Positions 14,770 through 29,750 of a stretch of DNA of 64,000 bases are shown piece by piece. Source of the stretch: Gordius albopunctatus (Eukaryota); the NCBI GenBank assembly GCA_964276515.1, contig OZ193909.1, positions 9,114,001 to 9,178,000 on the forward strand, read 5' to 3'. The notes beneath the pieces were generated by a model. That model ran no database searches. It saw only the letters and a list, made by a program, of their open reading frames with translations, and was not told the origin of the DNA. Every line of letters starts with the position of its first letter. Positions within the stretch are counted from its first letter, which is position 1. A program made the position numbers and the translations under genes.

Positions 14770-17700
14770 TAGTTCTCGCAGCTTAAAACTTCTTATAAGG
14801 AGTCGATCGAGATTAATCAGAATCTCAAATTAGCTTACTTTTATATATTTTTTCAAGCTCTTTTACATAAAATAACAAAAAATATATTTTTTAGCTCAAA
14901 GTATTTAAAATTATTTCCATTAAACCATATTCATCCGATGAAAGTTGTTATTTTCAGACGTGATTTCCATGATAAGAAGTAAAAATTTATCACAATTAGA
15001 TAACTACTACTTTGAAATAATCATCGCATATAGCATGTTTCAAAAATTCAGCACTCTAGTCGCGATGAAACAAACTAATCGCAACAATATAACATTGTCT
15101 TTATTCAAAATGATAGTTCTCGCAGCTTAAAACTTCTTATAAGGAGTCGATCGAGATTAATCAGAATCTCAAATTAGCTTACTTTTATATATTTTTTCAA
15201 GCTCTTTTACATAAAATAACAAAAAATATATTTTTTAGCTCAAAGTATTTAAAATTATTTCCATTAAACCATATTCATCCGATGAAAGTTGTTATTTTCA
15301 GACGTGATTTCCATGATAAGAAGTAAAAATTTATCACAATTAGATAACTACTACTTTGAAATAATCATCGCATATATCATGTTTCAATAATTCAGCACTC
15401 TCGTCGCGATGAAAGAAACTAATCGCAACAATATAACATTGTCTTTCCTCAAAATGATAGTTCTCGCAGCTTAAAACTTCTTATAAGGATCGAGATTAAT
15501 AGGAATCTCAAATTAGCTTACTTTTATATATTTTTCCAAGCTCTTTTACATAAAATAACAAAAAATATATTTTTTTAGCTCAAAATATTTAAAATTATTT
15601 CCATTAAACCATATTCATCCGAAGAAAGTTGTTATTTTCAGACGTGATTTTCATGATAAGAAGTAAAAATTTATCACAATTAGATAACTATTACTTTGAA
15701 ATCATCATCGCATATAGCATGTTTCAAAAATTCAGCACTCTCGTCGCGATGAAACAAACTAATCGCAACAATATAACGTTGTCTTTCCTCAAAATTATAG
15801 TTCCCGCAGCTTAAAACTTCTTATAAGGAGTCGATCGAGATTAATCAGAATCTCAAATTAGCTTACTTTTATATATTTTTTCAAGCTCTTTTACATAAAA
15901 TAACAAAAAATATATTTTTTTAGCTCAAAATATTTAAAATTATTTCCATTAACACATATTCATCAGATGAAAGTTGTTATTTTCAGACGTGATTTCCATG
16001 ATAAGAAGTAAAAATTTATCACAATTAGATAACTACTACTTTGAAATAATCATCGCATATATCATGTTTCAATAATTCAGCACTCTCGTCGCGATGAAAG
16101 AAACTAATCGCAACAATATAACATTGTCTTTCCTCAAAATGATAGTTCTCGCAGCTTAAAACTTCTTATAAGGAGTCGATCGAGATTAATAGGAATCTCA
16201 AATTAGCTTACTTTTATATATTTTTCCAAGCTCTTTTACATAAAATAACAAAAAATATATTTTTTTAGCTCAAAATATTTAAAATTATTTCCATTAAACC
16301 ATATTCATCCGAAGAAAGTTGTTATTTTCAGACGTGATTTTCATGATAAGAAGTAAAAATTTATCACAATTAGATAACTATTACTTTGAAATCATCATCG
16401 CATATAGCATGTTTCAAAAATTCAGCACTCTCGTCGCGATGAAACAAACTAATCGCAACAATATAACGTTGTCTTTCCTCAAAATTATAGTTCCCGCAGC
16501 TTAAAACTTCTTATAAGGAGTCGATCGAGATTAATCAGAATCTCAAATTAGCTTACTTTTATATATTTTTTCAAGCTCTTTTACATAAAATAACAAAAAA
16601 TATATTTTTTTAGCTCAAAATATTTAAAATTATTTCCATTAACACATATTCATCCGATGAAAGTTGTTATTTTCAGACGTGATTTCCATGATAAGAAGTA
16701 AAAATTTATCACAATTAGATAACTACTACTTTGAAATAATCATCGCATATAGCATGTTTCAAAAATTCAGCACTCTAGTCGCGATGAAACAAACTAATCG
16801 CAACAATATAACATTGTCTTTATTCAAAATGATAGTTCTCGCAGCTTAAAACTTCTTATAAGGAGTCGATCGAGATTAATCAGAATCTCAAATTAGCTTA
16901 CTTTTATATATTTTTTCAAGCTCTTTTACATAAAATAACAAAAAATATATTTTTTAGCTCAAAGTATTTAAAATTATTTCCATTAAACCATATTCATCCG
17001 ATGAAAGTTGTTATTTTCAGACGTGATTTCCATGATAAGAAGTAAAAATTTATCACAATTAGATAACTACTACTTTGAAATAATCATCGCATATAGCATG
17101 TTTCAAAAATTCAGCACTCTAGTCGCGATGAAACAAACTAATCGCAACAATATAACATTGTCTTTATTCAAAATGATAGTTCTCGCAGCTTAAAACTTCT
17201 TATAAGGAGTCGATCGAGATTAATCAGAATCTCAAATTAGCTTACTTTTATATATTTTTTCAAGCTCTTTTACATAAAATAACAAAAAATATATTTTTTA
17301 GCTCAAAGTATTTAAAATTATTTCCATTAAACCATATTCATCCGATGAAAGTTGTTATTTTCAGACGTGATTTCCATGATAAGAAGTAAAAATTTATCAC
17401 AATTAGATAACTACTACTTTGAAATAATCATCGCATATATCATGTTTCAATAATTCAGCACTCTCGTCGCGATGAAAGAAACTAATCGCAACAATATAAC
17501 ATTGTCTTTCCTCAAAATGATAGTTCTCGCAGCTTAAAACTTCTTATAAGGAGTCGATCGAGATTAATAGGAATCTCAAATTAGCTTACTTTTATATATT
17601 TTTCCAAGCTCTTTTACATAAAATAACAAAAAATATATTTTTTTAGCTCAAAATATTTAAAATTATTTCCATTAAACCATATTCATCCGAAGAAAGTTGT

Positions 17701-19500
17701 TATTTTCAGACGTGATTTTCATGATAAGAAGTAAAAATTTATCACAATTAGATAACTATTACTTTGAAATCATCATCGCATATAGCATGTTTCAAAAATT
17801 CAGCACTCTCGTCGCGATGAAACAAACTAATCGCAACAATATAACGTTGTCTTTCCTCAAAATTATAGTTCCCGCAGCTTAAAACTTCTTATAAGGAGTC
17901 GATCGAGATTAATCAGAATCTCAAATTAGCTTACTTTTATATATTTTTTCAAGCTCTTTTACATAAAATAACAAAAAATATATTTTTTTAGCTCAAAATA
18001 TTTAAAATTATTTCCATTAACACATATTCATCCGATGAAAGTTGTTATTTTCAGACGTGATTTCCATGATAAGAAGTAAAAATTTATCACAATTAGATAA
18101 CTACTACTTTGAAATAATCATCGCATATATCATGTTTCAATAATTCAGCACTCTCGTCGCGATGAAAGAAACTAATCGCAACAATATAACATTGTCTTTC
18201 CTCAAAATGATAGTTCTCGCAGCTTAAAACTTCTTATAAGGAGTCGATCGAGATTAATAGGAATCTCAAATTAGCTTACTTTTATATATTTTTCCAAGCT
18301 CTTTTACATAAAATAACAAAAAATATATTTTTTTAGCTCAAAATATTTAAAATTATTTCCATTAAACCATATTCATCCGAAGAAAGTTGTTATTTTCAGA
18401 CGTGATTTTCATGATAAGAAGTAAAAATTTATCACAATTAGATAACTATTACTTTGAAATCATCATCGCATATAGCATGTTTCAAAAATTCAGCACTCTC
18501 GTCGCGATGAAACAAACTAATCGCAACAATATAACGTTGTCTTTCCTCAAAATTATAGTTCCCGCAGCTTAAAACTTCTTATAAGGAGTCGATCGAGATT
18601 AATCAGAATCTCAAATTAGCTTACTTTTATATATTTTTTCAAGCTCTTTTACATAAAATAACAAAAAATATATTTTTTTAGCTCAAAATATTTAAAATTA
18701 TTTCCATTAACACATATTCATCCGATGAAAGTTGTTATTTTCAGACGTGATTTCCATGATAAGAAGTAAAAATTTATCACAATTAGATAACTACTACTTT
18801 GAAATAATCATCGCATATAGCATGTTTCAAAAATTCAGCACTCTAGTCGCGATGAAACAAACTAATCGCAACAATATAACATTGTCTTTATTCAAAATGA
18901 TAGTTCTCGCAGCTTAAAACTTCTTATAAGGAGTCGATCGAGATTAATCAGAATCTCAAATTAGCTTACTTTTATATATTTTTTCAAGCTCTTTTACATA
19001 AAATAACAAAAAATATATTTTTTAGCTCAAAGTATTTAAAATTATTTCCATTAAACCATATTCATCCGATGAAAGTTGTTATTTTCAGACGTGATTTCCA
19101 TGATAAGAAGTAAAAATTTATCACAATTAGATAACTACTACTTTGAAATAATCATCGCATATAGCATGTTTCAAAAATTCAGCACTCTAGTCGCGATGAA
19201 ACAAACTAATCGCAACAATATAACATTGTCTTTATTCAAAATGATAGTTCTCGCAGCTTAAAACTTCTTATAAGGAGTCGATCGAGATTAATCAGAATCT
19301 CAAATTAGCTTACTTTTATATATTTTTTCAAGCTCTTTTACATAAAATAACAAAAAATATATTTTTTAGCTCAAAGTATTTAAAATTATTTCCATTAAAC
19401 CATATTCATCCGATGAAAGTTGTTATTTTCAGACGTGATTTCCATGATAAGAAGTAAAAATTTATCACAATTAGATAACTACTACTTTGAAATAATCATC
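14770..19500. repeat. Higher-order 6-monomer tandem duplication (period about 2068 bp)
   Basis: Subtype order repeats at 2068 bp (15629/17697, 16319/18387, 16664/18732, 17008/19076). Confidence 0.75.
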
Positions 19501-22500
19501 GCATATAGCATGTTTCAAAAATTCAGCACTCTAGTCGCGATGAAACAAACTAATCGCAACAATATAAGGTTGTCTTTCCTCAAAATGATAGTTCTCGCAG
19601 CTTAAAACTTCTTATAAGGAGTCGATCGAGATTAATCAGAATCTCAAATTAGCTTACTTTTATATATTTTTTCAAGCTCTTTTACATAAAATAACAAAAA
19701 ATATATTTTTTAGCTCAAAGTATTTAAAATTATTTCCATTAAACCATATTCATCCGATGAAAGTTGTTATTTTCAGACGTGATTTCCATGATAAGAAGTA
19801 AAAATTTATCACAATTAGATAACTACTACTTTGAAATAATCATCGCATATAGCATGTTTCAAAAATTCAGCACTCTAGTCGCGATGAAACAAACTAATCG
19901 CAACAATATAACATTGTCTTTATTCAAAATGATAGTTCTCGCAGCTTAAAACTTCTTATAAGGAGTCGATCGAGATTAATCAGAATCTCAAATTAGCTTA
20001 CTTTTATATATTTTTTCAAGCTCTTTTACATAAAATAACAAAAAATATATTTTTTAGCTCAAAGTATTTAAAATTATTTCCATTAAACCATATTCATCCG
20101 ATGAAAGTTGTTATTTTCAGACGTGATTTCCATGATAAGAAGTAAAAATTTATCACAATTAGATAACTACTACTTTGAAATAATCATCGCATATATCATG
20201 TTTCAATAATTCAGCACTCTCGTCGCGATGAAAGAAACTAATCGCAACAATATAACATTGTCTTTCCTCAAAATGATAGTTCTCGCAGCTTAAAACTTCT
20301 TATAAGGAGTCGATCGAGATTAATAGGAATCTCAAATTAGCTTACTTTTATATATTTTTCCAAGCTCTTTTACATAAAATAACAAAAAATATATTTTTTT
20401 AGCTCAAAATATTTAAAATTATTTCCATTAAACCATATTCATCCGAAGAAAGTTGTTATTTTCAGACGTGATTTTCATGATAAGAAGTAAAAATTTATCA
20501 CAATTAGATAACTATTACTTTGAAATCATCATCGCATATAGCATGTTTCAAAAATTCAGCACTCTCGTCGCGATGAAACAAACTAATCGCAACAATATAA
20601 CGTTGTCTTTCCTCAAAATTATAGTTCCCGCAGCTTAAAACTTCTTATAAGGAGTCGATCGAGATTAATCAGAATCTCAAATTAGCTTACTTTTATATAT
20701 TTTTTCAAGCTCTTTTACATAAAATAACAAAAAATATATTTTTTTACCTCAAAATATTTAAAATTATTTCCATTAACACATATTCATCCGATGAAAGTTG
20801 TTATTTTCAGACGTGATTTCCATGATAAGAAGTAAAAATTTATCACAATTAGATAACTACTACTTTGAAATAATCATCGCATATAGCATGTTTCAAAAAT
20901 TCAGCACTCTAGTCGCGATGAAACAAACTAATCGCAACAATATAACATTGTCTTTATTCAAAATGATAGTTCTCGCAGCTTAAAACTTCTTATAAGGAGT
21001 CGATCGAGATTAATCAGAATCTCAAATTAGCTTACTTTTATATATTTTTTCAAGCTCTTTTACATAAAATAACAAAAAATATATTTTTTAGCTCAAAGTA
21101 TTTAAAATTATTTCCATTAAACCATATTCATCCGATGAAAGTTGTTATTTTCAGACGTGATTTCCATGATAAGAAGTAAAAATTTATCACAATTAGATAA
21201 CTACTACTTTGAAATAATCATCGCATATAGCATGTTTCAAAAATTCAGCACTCTAGTCGCGATGAAACAAACTAATCGCAACAATATAACATTGTCTTTA
21301 TTCAAAATGATAGTTCTCGCAGCTTAAAACTTCTTATAAGGAGTCGATCGAGATTAATCAGAATCTCAAATTAGCTTACTTTTATATATTTTTTCAAGCT
21401 CTTTTACATAAAATAACAAAAAATATATTTTTTAGCTCAAAGTATTTAAAATTATTTCCATTAAACCATATTCATCCGATGAAAGTTGTTATTTTCAGAC
21501 GTGATTTCCATGATAAGAAGTAAAAATTTATCACAATTAGATAACTACTACTTTGAAATAATCATCGCATATATCATGTTTCAATAATTCAGCACTCTCG
21601 TCGCGATGAAAGAAACTAATCGCAACAATATAACATTGTCTTTCCTCAAAATGATAGTTCTCGCAGCTTAAAACTTCTTATAAGGAGTCGATCGAGATTA
21701 ATAGGAATCTCAAATTAGCTTACTTTTATATATTTTTCCAAGCTCTTTTACATAAAATAACAAAAAATATATTTTTTTAGCTCAAAATATTTAAAATTAT
21801 TTCCATTAAACCATATTCATCCGAAGAAAGTTGTTATTTTCAGACGTGATTTTCATGATAAGAAGTAAAAATTTATCACAATTAGATAACTATTACTTTG
21901 AAATCATCATCGCATATAGCATGTTTCAAAAATTCAGCACTCTCGTCGCGATGAAACAAACTAATCGCAACAATATAACGTTGTCTTTCCTCAAAATTAA
22001 AGTTCCCGCAGCTTAAAACTTCTTATAAGGAGTCGATCGAGATTAATCAGAATCTCAAATTAGCTTACTTTTATATATTTTTTCAAGCTCTTTTACATAA
22101 AATAACAAAAAATATATTTTTTTACCTCAAAATATTTAAAATTATTTCCATTAACACATATTCATCCGATGAAAGTTGTTATTTTCAGACGTGATTTCCA
22201 TGATAAGAAGTAAAAATTTATCACAATTAGATAACTACTACTTTGAAATAATCATCGCATATAGCATGTTTCAAAAATTCAGCACTCTAGTCGCGATGAA
22301 ACAAACTAATCGCAACAATATAACATTGTCTTTATTCAAAATGATAGTTCTCGCAGCTTAAAACTTCTTATAAGGAGTCGATCGAGATTAATCAGAATCT
22401 CAAATTAGCTTACTTTTATATATTTTTTCAAGCTCTTTTACATAAAATAACAAAAAATATATTTTTTAGCTCAAAGTATTTAAAATTATTTCCATTAAAC

Positions 22501-24999
22501 CATATTCATCCGATGAAAGTTGTTATTTTCAGACGTGATTTCCATGATAAGAAGTAAAAATTTATCACAATTAGATAACTACTACTTTGAAATAATCATC
22601 GCATATAGCATGTTTCAAAAATTCAGCACTCTAGTCGCGATGAAACAAACTAATCGCAACAATATAACATTGTCTTTATTCAAAATGATAGTTCTCGCAG
22701 CTTAAAACTTCTTATAATGAGTCGATCGAGATTAATCAGAATCTCAAATTAGCTTACTTTTATATATTTTTTCAAGCTCTTTTACATAAAATAACAAAAA
22801 ATATATTTTTTAGCTCAAAGTATTTAAAATTATTTCCATTAAACCATATTCATCCGATGAAAGTTGTTATTTTCAGACGTGATTTCCATGATAAGAAGTA
22901 AAAATTTATCACAATTAGATAACTACTACTTTGAAATAATCATCGCATATAGCATGTTTCAAAAATTCAGCACTCTAGTCGCGATGAAACAAACTAATCG
23001 CAACAATATAACGTTGTCTTTCCTCAAAATGATAGTTCTCGCAGCTTAAAACTTCTTATAAGGAGTCGATCGAGATTAATCAGAATCTCAAATTAGCTTA
23101 CTTTTATATATTTTTTCAAGCTCTTTTACATAAAATAACAAAAAATATATTTTTTAGCTCAAAGTATTTAAAATTATTTCCATTAAACCATATTCATCCG
23201 ATGAAAGTTGTTATTTTCAGACGTGATTTCCATGATAAGAAGTAAAAATTTATCACAATTAGATAACTACTACTTTGAAATAATCATCGCATATAGCATG
23301 TTTCAAAAATTCAGCACTCTAGTCGCGATGAAACAAACTAATCGCAACAATATAACATTGTCTTTATTCAAAATGATAGTTCTCGCAGCTTAAAACTTCT
23401 TATAAGGAGTCGATCGAGATTAATCAGAATCTCAAATTAGCTTACTTTTATATATTTTTTCAAGCTCTTTTACATAAAATAATAAAAAATATATTTTTTA
23501 GCTCAAAGTATTTAAAATTATTTCCATTAAACCATATTCATCCGATGAAAGTTGTTATTTTCAGACGTGATTTCCATGATAAGAAGTAAAAATTTATCAC
23601 AATTAGATAACTATTAATTTGAAATAATCATCGCATATAGCATGTTTCAAAAATTCAGCACTCTAGTCGCGATGAAACAAACTAATCGCAACAATATAAC
23701 GTTGTCTTTCCTCAAAATGATAGTTCTCGCAGCTTAAAACTTCTTATAAGGAGTCGATCGAGATTAATCAGAATCTCAAATTAGCTTACTTTTATATATT
23801 TTTTCAAGCTCTTTTACATAAAATAAAAAAAAATATATTTTTTTAGCTCAAAATATTTAAAATTATTTCCATTAACACATATTCATCCGATGAAAGTTGT
23901 TATTTTCAGACGTGATTTCCATGATAAGAAGTAAAAATTTATCACAATTAGATAACTACTACTTTGAAATAATCATCGCATATAGCATGTTTCAAAAATT
24001 CAGCACTCTAGTCGCGATGAAACAAACTAATCGCAACAATATAACATTGTCTTTATTCAAAATGATAGTTCTCGCAGCTTAAAACTTCTTATAAGGAGTC
24101 GATCGAGATTAATCAGAATCTCAAATTAGCTTACTTTTATATATTTTTTCAAGCTCTTTTACATAAAATAACAAAAAATATATTTTTTTAGCTCAAAATA
24201 TTTAAAATTATTTCCATTAACACATATTCATCCGATGAAAGTTGTTATTTTCAGACGTGATTTCCATGATAAGAAGTAAAAATTTATCACAATTAGATAA
24301 CTACTACTTTGAAATAATCATCGCATATAGCATGTTTCAAAAATTCAGCACTCTAGTCGCGATGAAACAAACTAATCGCAACAATATAACATTGTCTTTA
24401 TTCAAAATGATAGTTCTCGCAGCTTAAAACTTCTTATAAGGAGTCGATCGAGATTAATCAGAATCTCAAATTAGCTTACTTTTATATATTTTTTCAAGCT
24501 CTTTTACATAAAATAACAAAAAATATATTTTTTAGCTCAAAGTATTTAAAATTATTTCCATTAAACCATATTCATCCGATGAAAGTTGTTATTTTCAGAC
24601 GTGATTTCCATGATAAGAAGTAAAAATTTATCACAATTAGATAACTATTAATTTGAAATAATCATCGCATATAGCATGTTTCAAAAATTCAGCACTCTAG
24701 TCGCGATGAAACAAACTAATCGCAACAATATAACGTTGTCTTTCCTCAAAATGATAGTTCTCGCAGCTTAAAACTTCTTATAAGGAGTCGATCGAGATTA
24801 ATCAGAATCTCAAATTAGCTTACTTTTATATATTTTTTCAAGCTCTTTTACATAAAATAAAAAAAAATATATTTTTTTAGCTCAAAATATTTAAAATTAT
24901 TTCCATTAACACATATTCATCCGATGAAAGTTGTTATTTTCAGACGTGATTTCCATGATAAGAAGTAAAAATTTATCACAAATAGATAACTACTACTTT

Positions 25000-27900
25000 G
25001 AAATAATCATCGCATATAGCATGTTTCAAAAATTCAGCACTCTAGTCGCGATGAAACAAACTAATCGCAACAATATAACATTGTCTTTATTCAAAATGAT
25101 AGTTCTCGCAGCTTAAAACTTCTTATAAGGAGTCGATCGAGATTAATCAGAATCTCAAATTAGCTTACTTTTATATATTTTTTCAAGCTCTTTTACATAA
25201 AATAACAAAAAATATATTTTTTTAGCTCAAAATATTTAAAATTATTTCCATTAACACATATTCATCCGATGAAAGTTGTTATTTTCAGACGTGATTTCCA
25301 TGATAAGAAGTAAAAATTTATCACAATTAGATAACTATTACTTTGAAATAATCATCGCATATAGCATGTTTCAAAAATTCAGCACTCTAGTCGCGATGAA
25401 ACAAACTAATCGCAACAATATAACATTGTCTTTCCTCAAAATGATAGTTCTCGCAGCTTAAAACTTCTTATAAGGAGTCGATCGAGATTAATCAGAATCT
25501 CAAATTAGCTTACTTTTATATATTTTTTCAAGCTCTTTTACATAAAATAACAAAAAATATATTTTTTTAGCTCAAAATATTTAAAATTATTTCCATTAAC
25601 ACATATTCATCCGATGAAAGTTGTTATTTTCAGACGTGATTTCCATGATAAGAAGTAAAAATTTATCACAATTAGATAACTACTACTTTGAAATAATCAT
25701 CGCATATATCATGTTTCAATAATTCAGCACTCTCGTCGCGATGAAAGAAACTAATCGCAACAATATAACATTGTCTTTCCTCAAAATGATAGTTCTCGCA
25801 GCTTAAAACTTCTTATAAGGAGTCGATCGAGATTAATAGGAATCTCAAATTACCTTACTTTTATATATTTTTCCAAGCTCTTTTACATAAAATAACAAAA
25901 AATATATTTTTTTAGCTCAAAATATTTAAAATTATTTCCATTAAACCATATTCATCCGAAGAAAGTTGTTATTTTCAGACGTGATTTTCATGATAAGAAG
26001 TAAAAATTTATCACAATTAGATAACTATTACTTTGAAATCATCATCGCATATAGCATGTTTCAAAAATTCAGCACTCTCGTCGCGATGAAACAAACTAAT
26101 CGCAACAATATAACGTTGTCTTTCCTCAAAATTATAGTTCCCGCAGCTTAAAACTTCTTATAAGGAGTCGATCGAGATTAATCAGAATCTCAAATTAGCT
26201 TACTTTTATATATTTTTTCAAGCTCTTTTACATAAAATAACAAAAAATATATTTTTTTAGCTCAAAATATTTAAAATTATTTCCATTAACACATATTCAT
26301 CCGATGAAAGTTGTTATTTTCAGACGTGATTTCCATGATAAGAAGTAAAAATTTATCACAATTAGATAACTACTACTTTGAAATAATCATCGCATATAGC
26401 ATGTTTCAAAAATTCAGCACTCTAGTCGCGATGAAACAAACTAATCGCAACAATATAACATTGTCTTTATTCAAAATGATAGTTCTCGCAGCTTAAAACT
26501 TCTTATAAGGAGTCGATCGAGATTAATCAGAATCTCAAATTAGCTTACTTTTATATATTTTTTCAAGCTCTTTTACATAAAATAACAAAAAATATATTTT
26601 TTTAGCTCAAAATATTTAAAATTATTTCCATTAAACCATATTCATCCGATGAAAGTTGTTATTTTCAGACGTGATTTCCATGATAAGAAGTAAAAATTTA
26701 TCACAATTAGATAACTACTACTTTGAAATAATCATCGCATATAGCATGTTTCAAAAATTCAGCACTCTAGTCGCGATGAAACAAACTAATCGCAACAATA
26801 TAACATTGTCTTTATTCAAAATGATAGTTCTCGCAGCTTAAAACTTCTTATAAGGAGTCGATCGAGATTAATCAGAATCTCAAATTAGCTTACTTTTATA
26901 TATTTTTTCAAGCTCTTTTACATAAAATAACAAAAAATATATTTTTTAGCTCAAAGTATTTAAAATTATTTCCATTAAACCATATTCATCCGATGAAAGT
27001 TGTTATTTTCAGACGTGATTTCCATGATAAGAAGTAAAAATTTATCACAATTAGATAACTACTACTTTGAAATAATCATCGCATATAGCATGTTTCAAAA
27101 ATTCAGCACTCTAGTCACGATGAAACAAACTAATCGCAACAATATAACGTTGTCTTTCCTCAAAATGATAGTTCTCGCAGCTTAAAACTTCTTATAAGGA
27201 GTCGATCGAGATTAATCAGAATCTCAAATTAGCTTACTTTTATATATTTTTTCAACCTCTTTTACATAAAATAACAAAAAATATATTTTTTTAGCTCAAA
27301 ATATTTAAAATTATTTCCATTAAACCATATTCATCCGAAGAAAGTTGTTATTTTCAGACGTGATTTTCATGATAAGAAGTAAAAATTTATCACAATTAGA
27401 TAACTATTACTTTGAAATAATCATCGCATATAGCATGTTTCAAAAATTCAGCACTCTAGTCGCGATGAAACAAACTAATCGCAACAATATAACATTGTCT
27501 TTATTCAAAATGATAGTTCTCGCAGCTTAAAACTTCTTATAAGGAGTCGATCGAGATTAATCAGAATCTCAAATTAGCTTACTTTTATATATTTTTTCAA
27601 GCTCTTTTACATAAAATAACAAAAAATATATTTTTTTAGCTCAAAATATTTAAAATTATTTCCATTAACACATATTCATCCGATGAAAGTTGTTATTTTC
27701 AGACGTGATTTCCATGATAAGAAGTAAAAATTTATCACAATTAGATAACTATTACTTTGAAATAATCATCGCATATAGCATGTTTCAAAAATTCAGCACT
27801 CTAGTCGCGATGAAACAAACTAATCGCAACAATATAACATTGTCTTTCCTCAAAATGATAGTTCTCGCAGCTTAAAACTTCTTATAAGGAGTCGATCGAG

Positions 27901-29750
27901 ATTAATCAGAATCTCAAATTAGCTTACTTTTATATATTTTTTCAAGCTCTTTTACATAAAATAACAAAAAATATATTTTTTTAGCTCAAAATATTTAAAA
28001 TTATTTCCATTAACACATATTCATCCGATGAAAGTTGTTATTTTCAGACGTGATTTCCATGATAAGAAGTAAAAATTTATCACAATTAGATAACTACTAC
28101 TTTGAAATAATCATCGCATATATCATGTTTCAATAATTCAGCACTCTCGTCGCGATGAAAGAAACTAATCGCAACAATATAACATTGTCTTTCCTCAAAA
28201 TGATAGTTCTCGCAGCTTAAAACTTCTTATAAGGAGTCGATCGAGATTAATAGGAATCTCAAATTACCTTACTTTTATATATTTTTCCAAGCTCTTTTAC
28301 ATAAAATAACAAAAAATATATTTTTTTAGCTCAAAATATTTAAAATTATTTCCATTAAACCATATTCATCCGAAGAAAGTTGTTATTTTCAGACGTGATT
28401 TTCATGATAAGAAGTAAAAATTTATCACAATTAGATAACTATTACTTTGAAATCATCATCGCATATAGCATGTTTCAAAAATTCAGCACTCTCGTCGCGA
28501 TGAAACAAACTAATCGCAACAATATAACGTTGTCTTTCCTCAAAATTATAGTTCCCGCAGCTTAAAACTTCTTATAAGGAGTCGATCGAGATTAATCAGA
28601 ATCTCAAATTAGCTTACTTTTATATATTTTTTCAAGCTCTTTTACATAAAATAACAAAAAATATATTTTTTTAGCTCAAAATATTTAAAATTATTTCCAT
28701 TAACACATATTCATCCGATGAAATTTGTTATTTTCAGACGTGATTTCCATGATAAGAAGTAAAAATTTATCACAATTAGATAACTACTACTTTGAAATAA
28801 TCATCGCATATAGCATGTTTCAAAAATTCAGCACTCTAGTCGCGATGAAACAAACTAATCGCAACAATATAACATTGTCTTTATTCAAAATGATAGTTCT
28901 CGCAGCTTAAAACTTCTTATAAGGAGTCGATCGAGATTAATCAGAATCTCAAATTAGCTTACTTTTATATATTTTTTCAAGCTCTTTTACATAAAATAAC
29001 AAAAAATATATTTTTTTAGCTCAAAATATTTAAAATTATTTCCATTAAACCATATTCATCCGATGAAAGTTGTTATTTTCAGACGTGATTTCCATGATAA
29101 GAAGTAAAAATTTATCACAATTAGATAACTACTACTTTGAAATAATCATCGCATATAGCATGTTTCAAAAATTCAGCACTCTAGTCGCGATGAAACAAAC
29201 TAATCGCAACAATATAACATTGTCTTTATTCAAAATGATAGTTCTCGCAGCTTAAAACTTCTTATAAGGAGTCGATCGAGATTAATCAGAATCTCAAATT
29301 AGCTTACTTTTATATATTTTTTCAAGCTCTTTTACATAAAATAACAAAAAATATATTTTTTAGCTCAAAGTATTTAAAATTATTTCCATTAAACCATATT
29401 CATCCGATGAAAGTTGTTATTTTCAGACGTGATTTCCATGATAAGAAGTAAAAATTTATCACAATTAGATAACTACTACTTTGAAATAATCATCGCATAT
29501 AGCATGTTTCAAAAATTCAGCACTCTAGTCACGATGAAACAAACTAATCGCAACAATATAACGTTGTCTTTCCTCAAAATGATAGTTCTCGCAGCTTAAA
29601 ACTTCTTATAAGGAGTCGATCGAGATTAATCAGAATCTCAAATTAGCTTACTTTTATATATTTTTTCAACCTCTTTTACATAAAATAACAAAAAATATAT
29701 TTTTTTAGCTCAAAATATTTAAAATTATTTCCATTAAACCATATTCATCC
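25000..29750. repeat. Higher-order 7-monomer tandem duplication (period 2414 bp)
   Basis: Offsets of 2414 bp (25276/27690, 25966/28380, 27000/29414). Shared rare variants: ATTACCTTAC (~25850/28264), GTCACGA (~27114/29528), TCAACCTC (~27252/29666). Confidence 0.9.
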
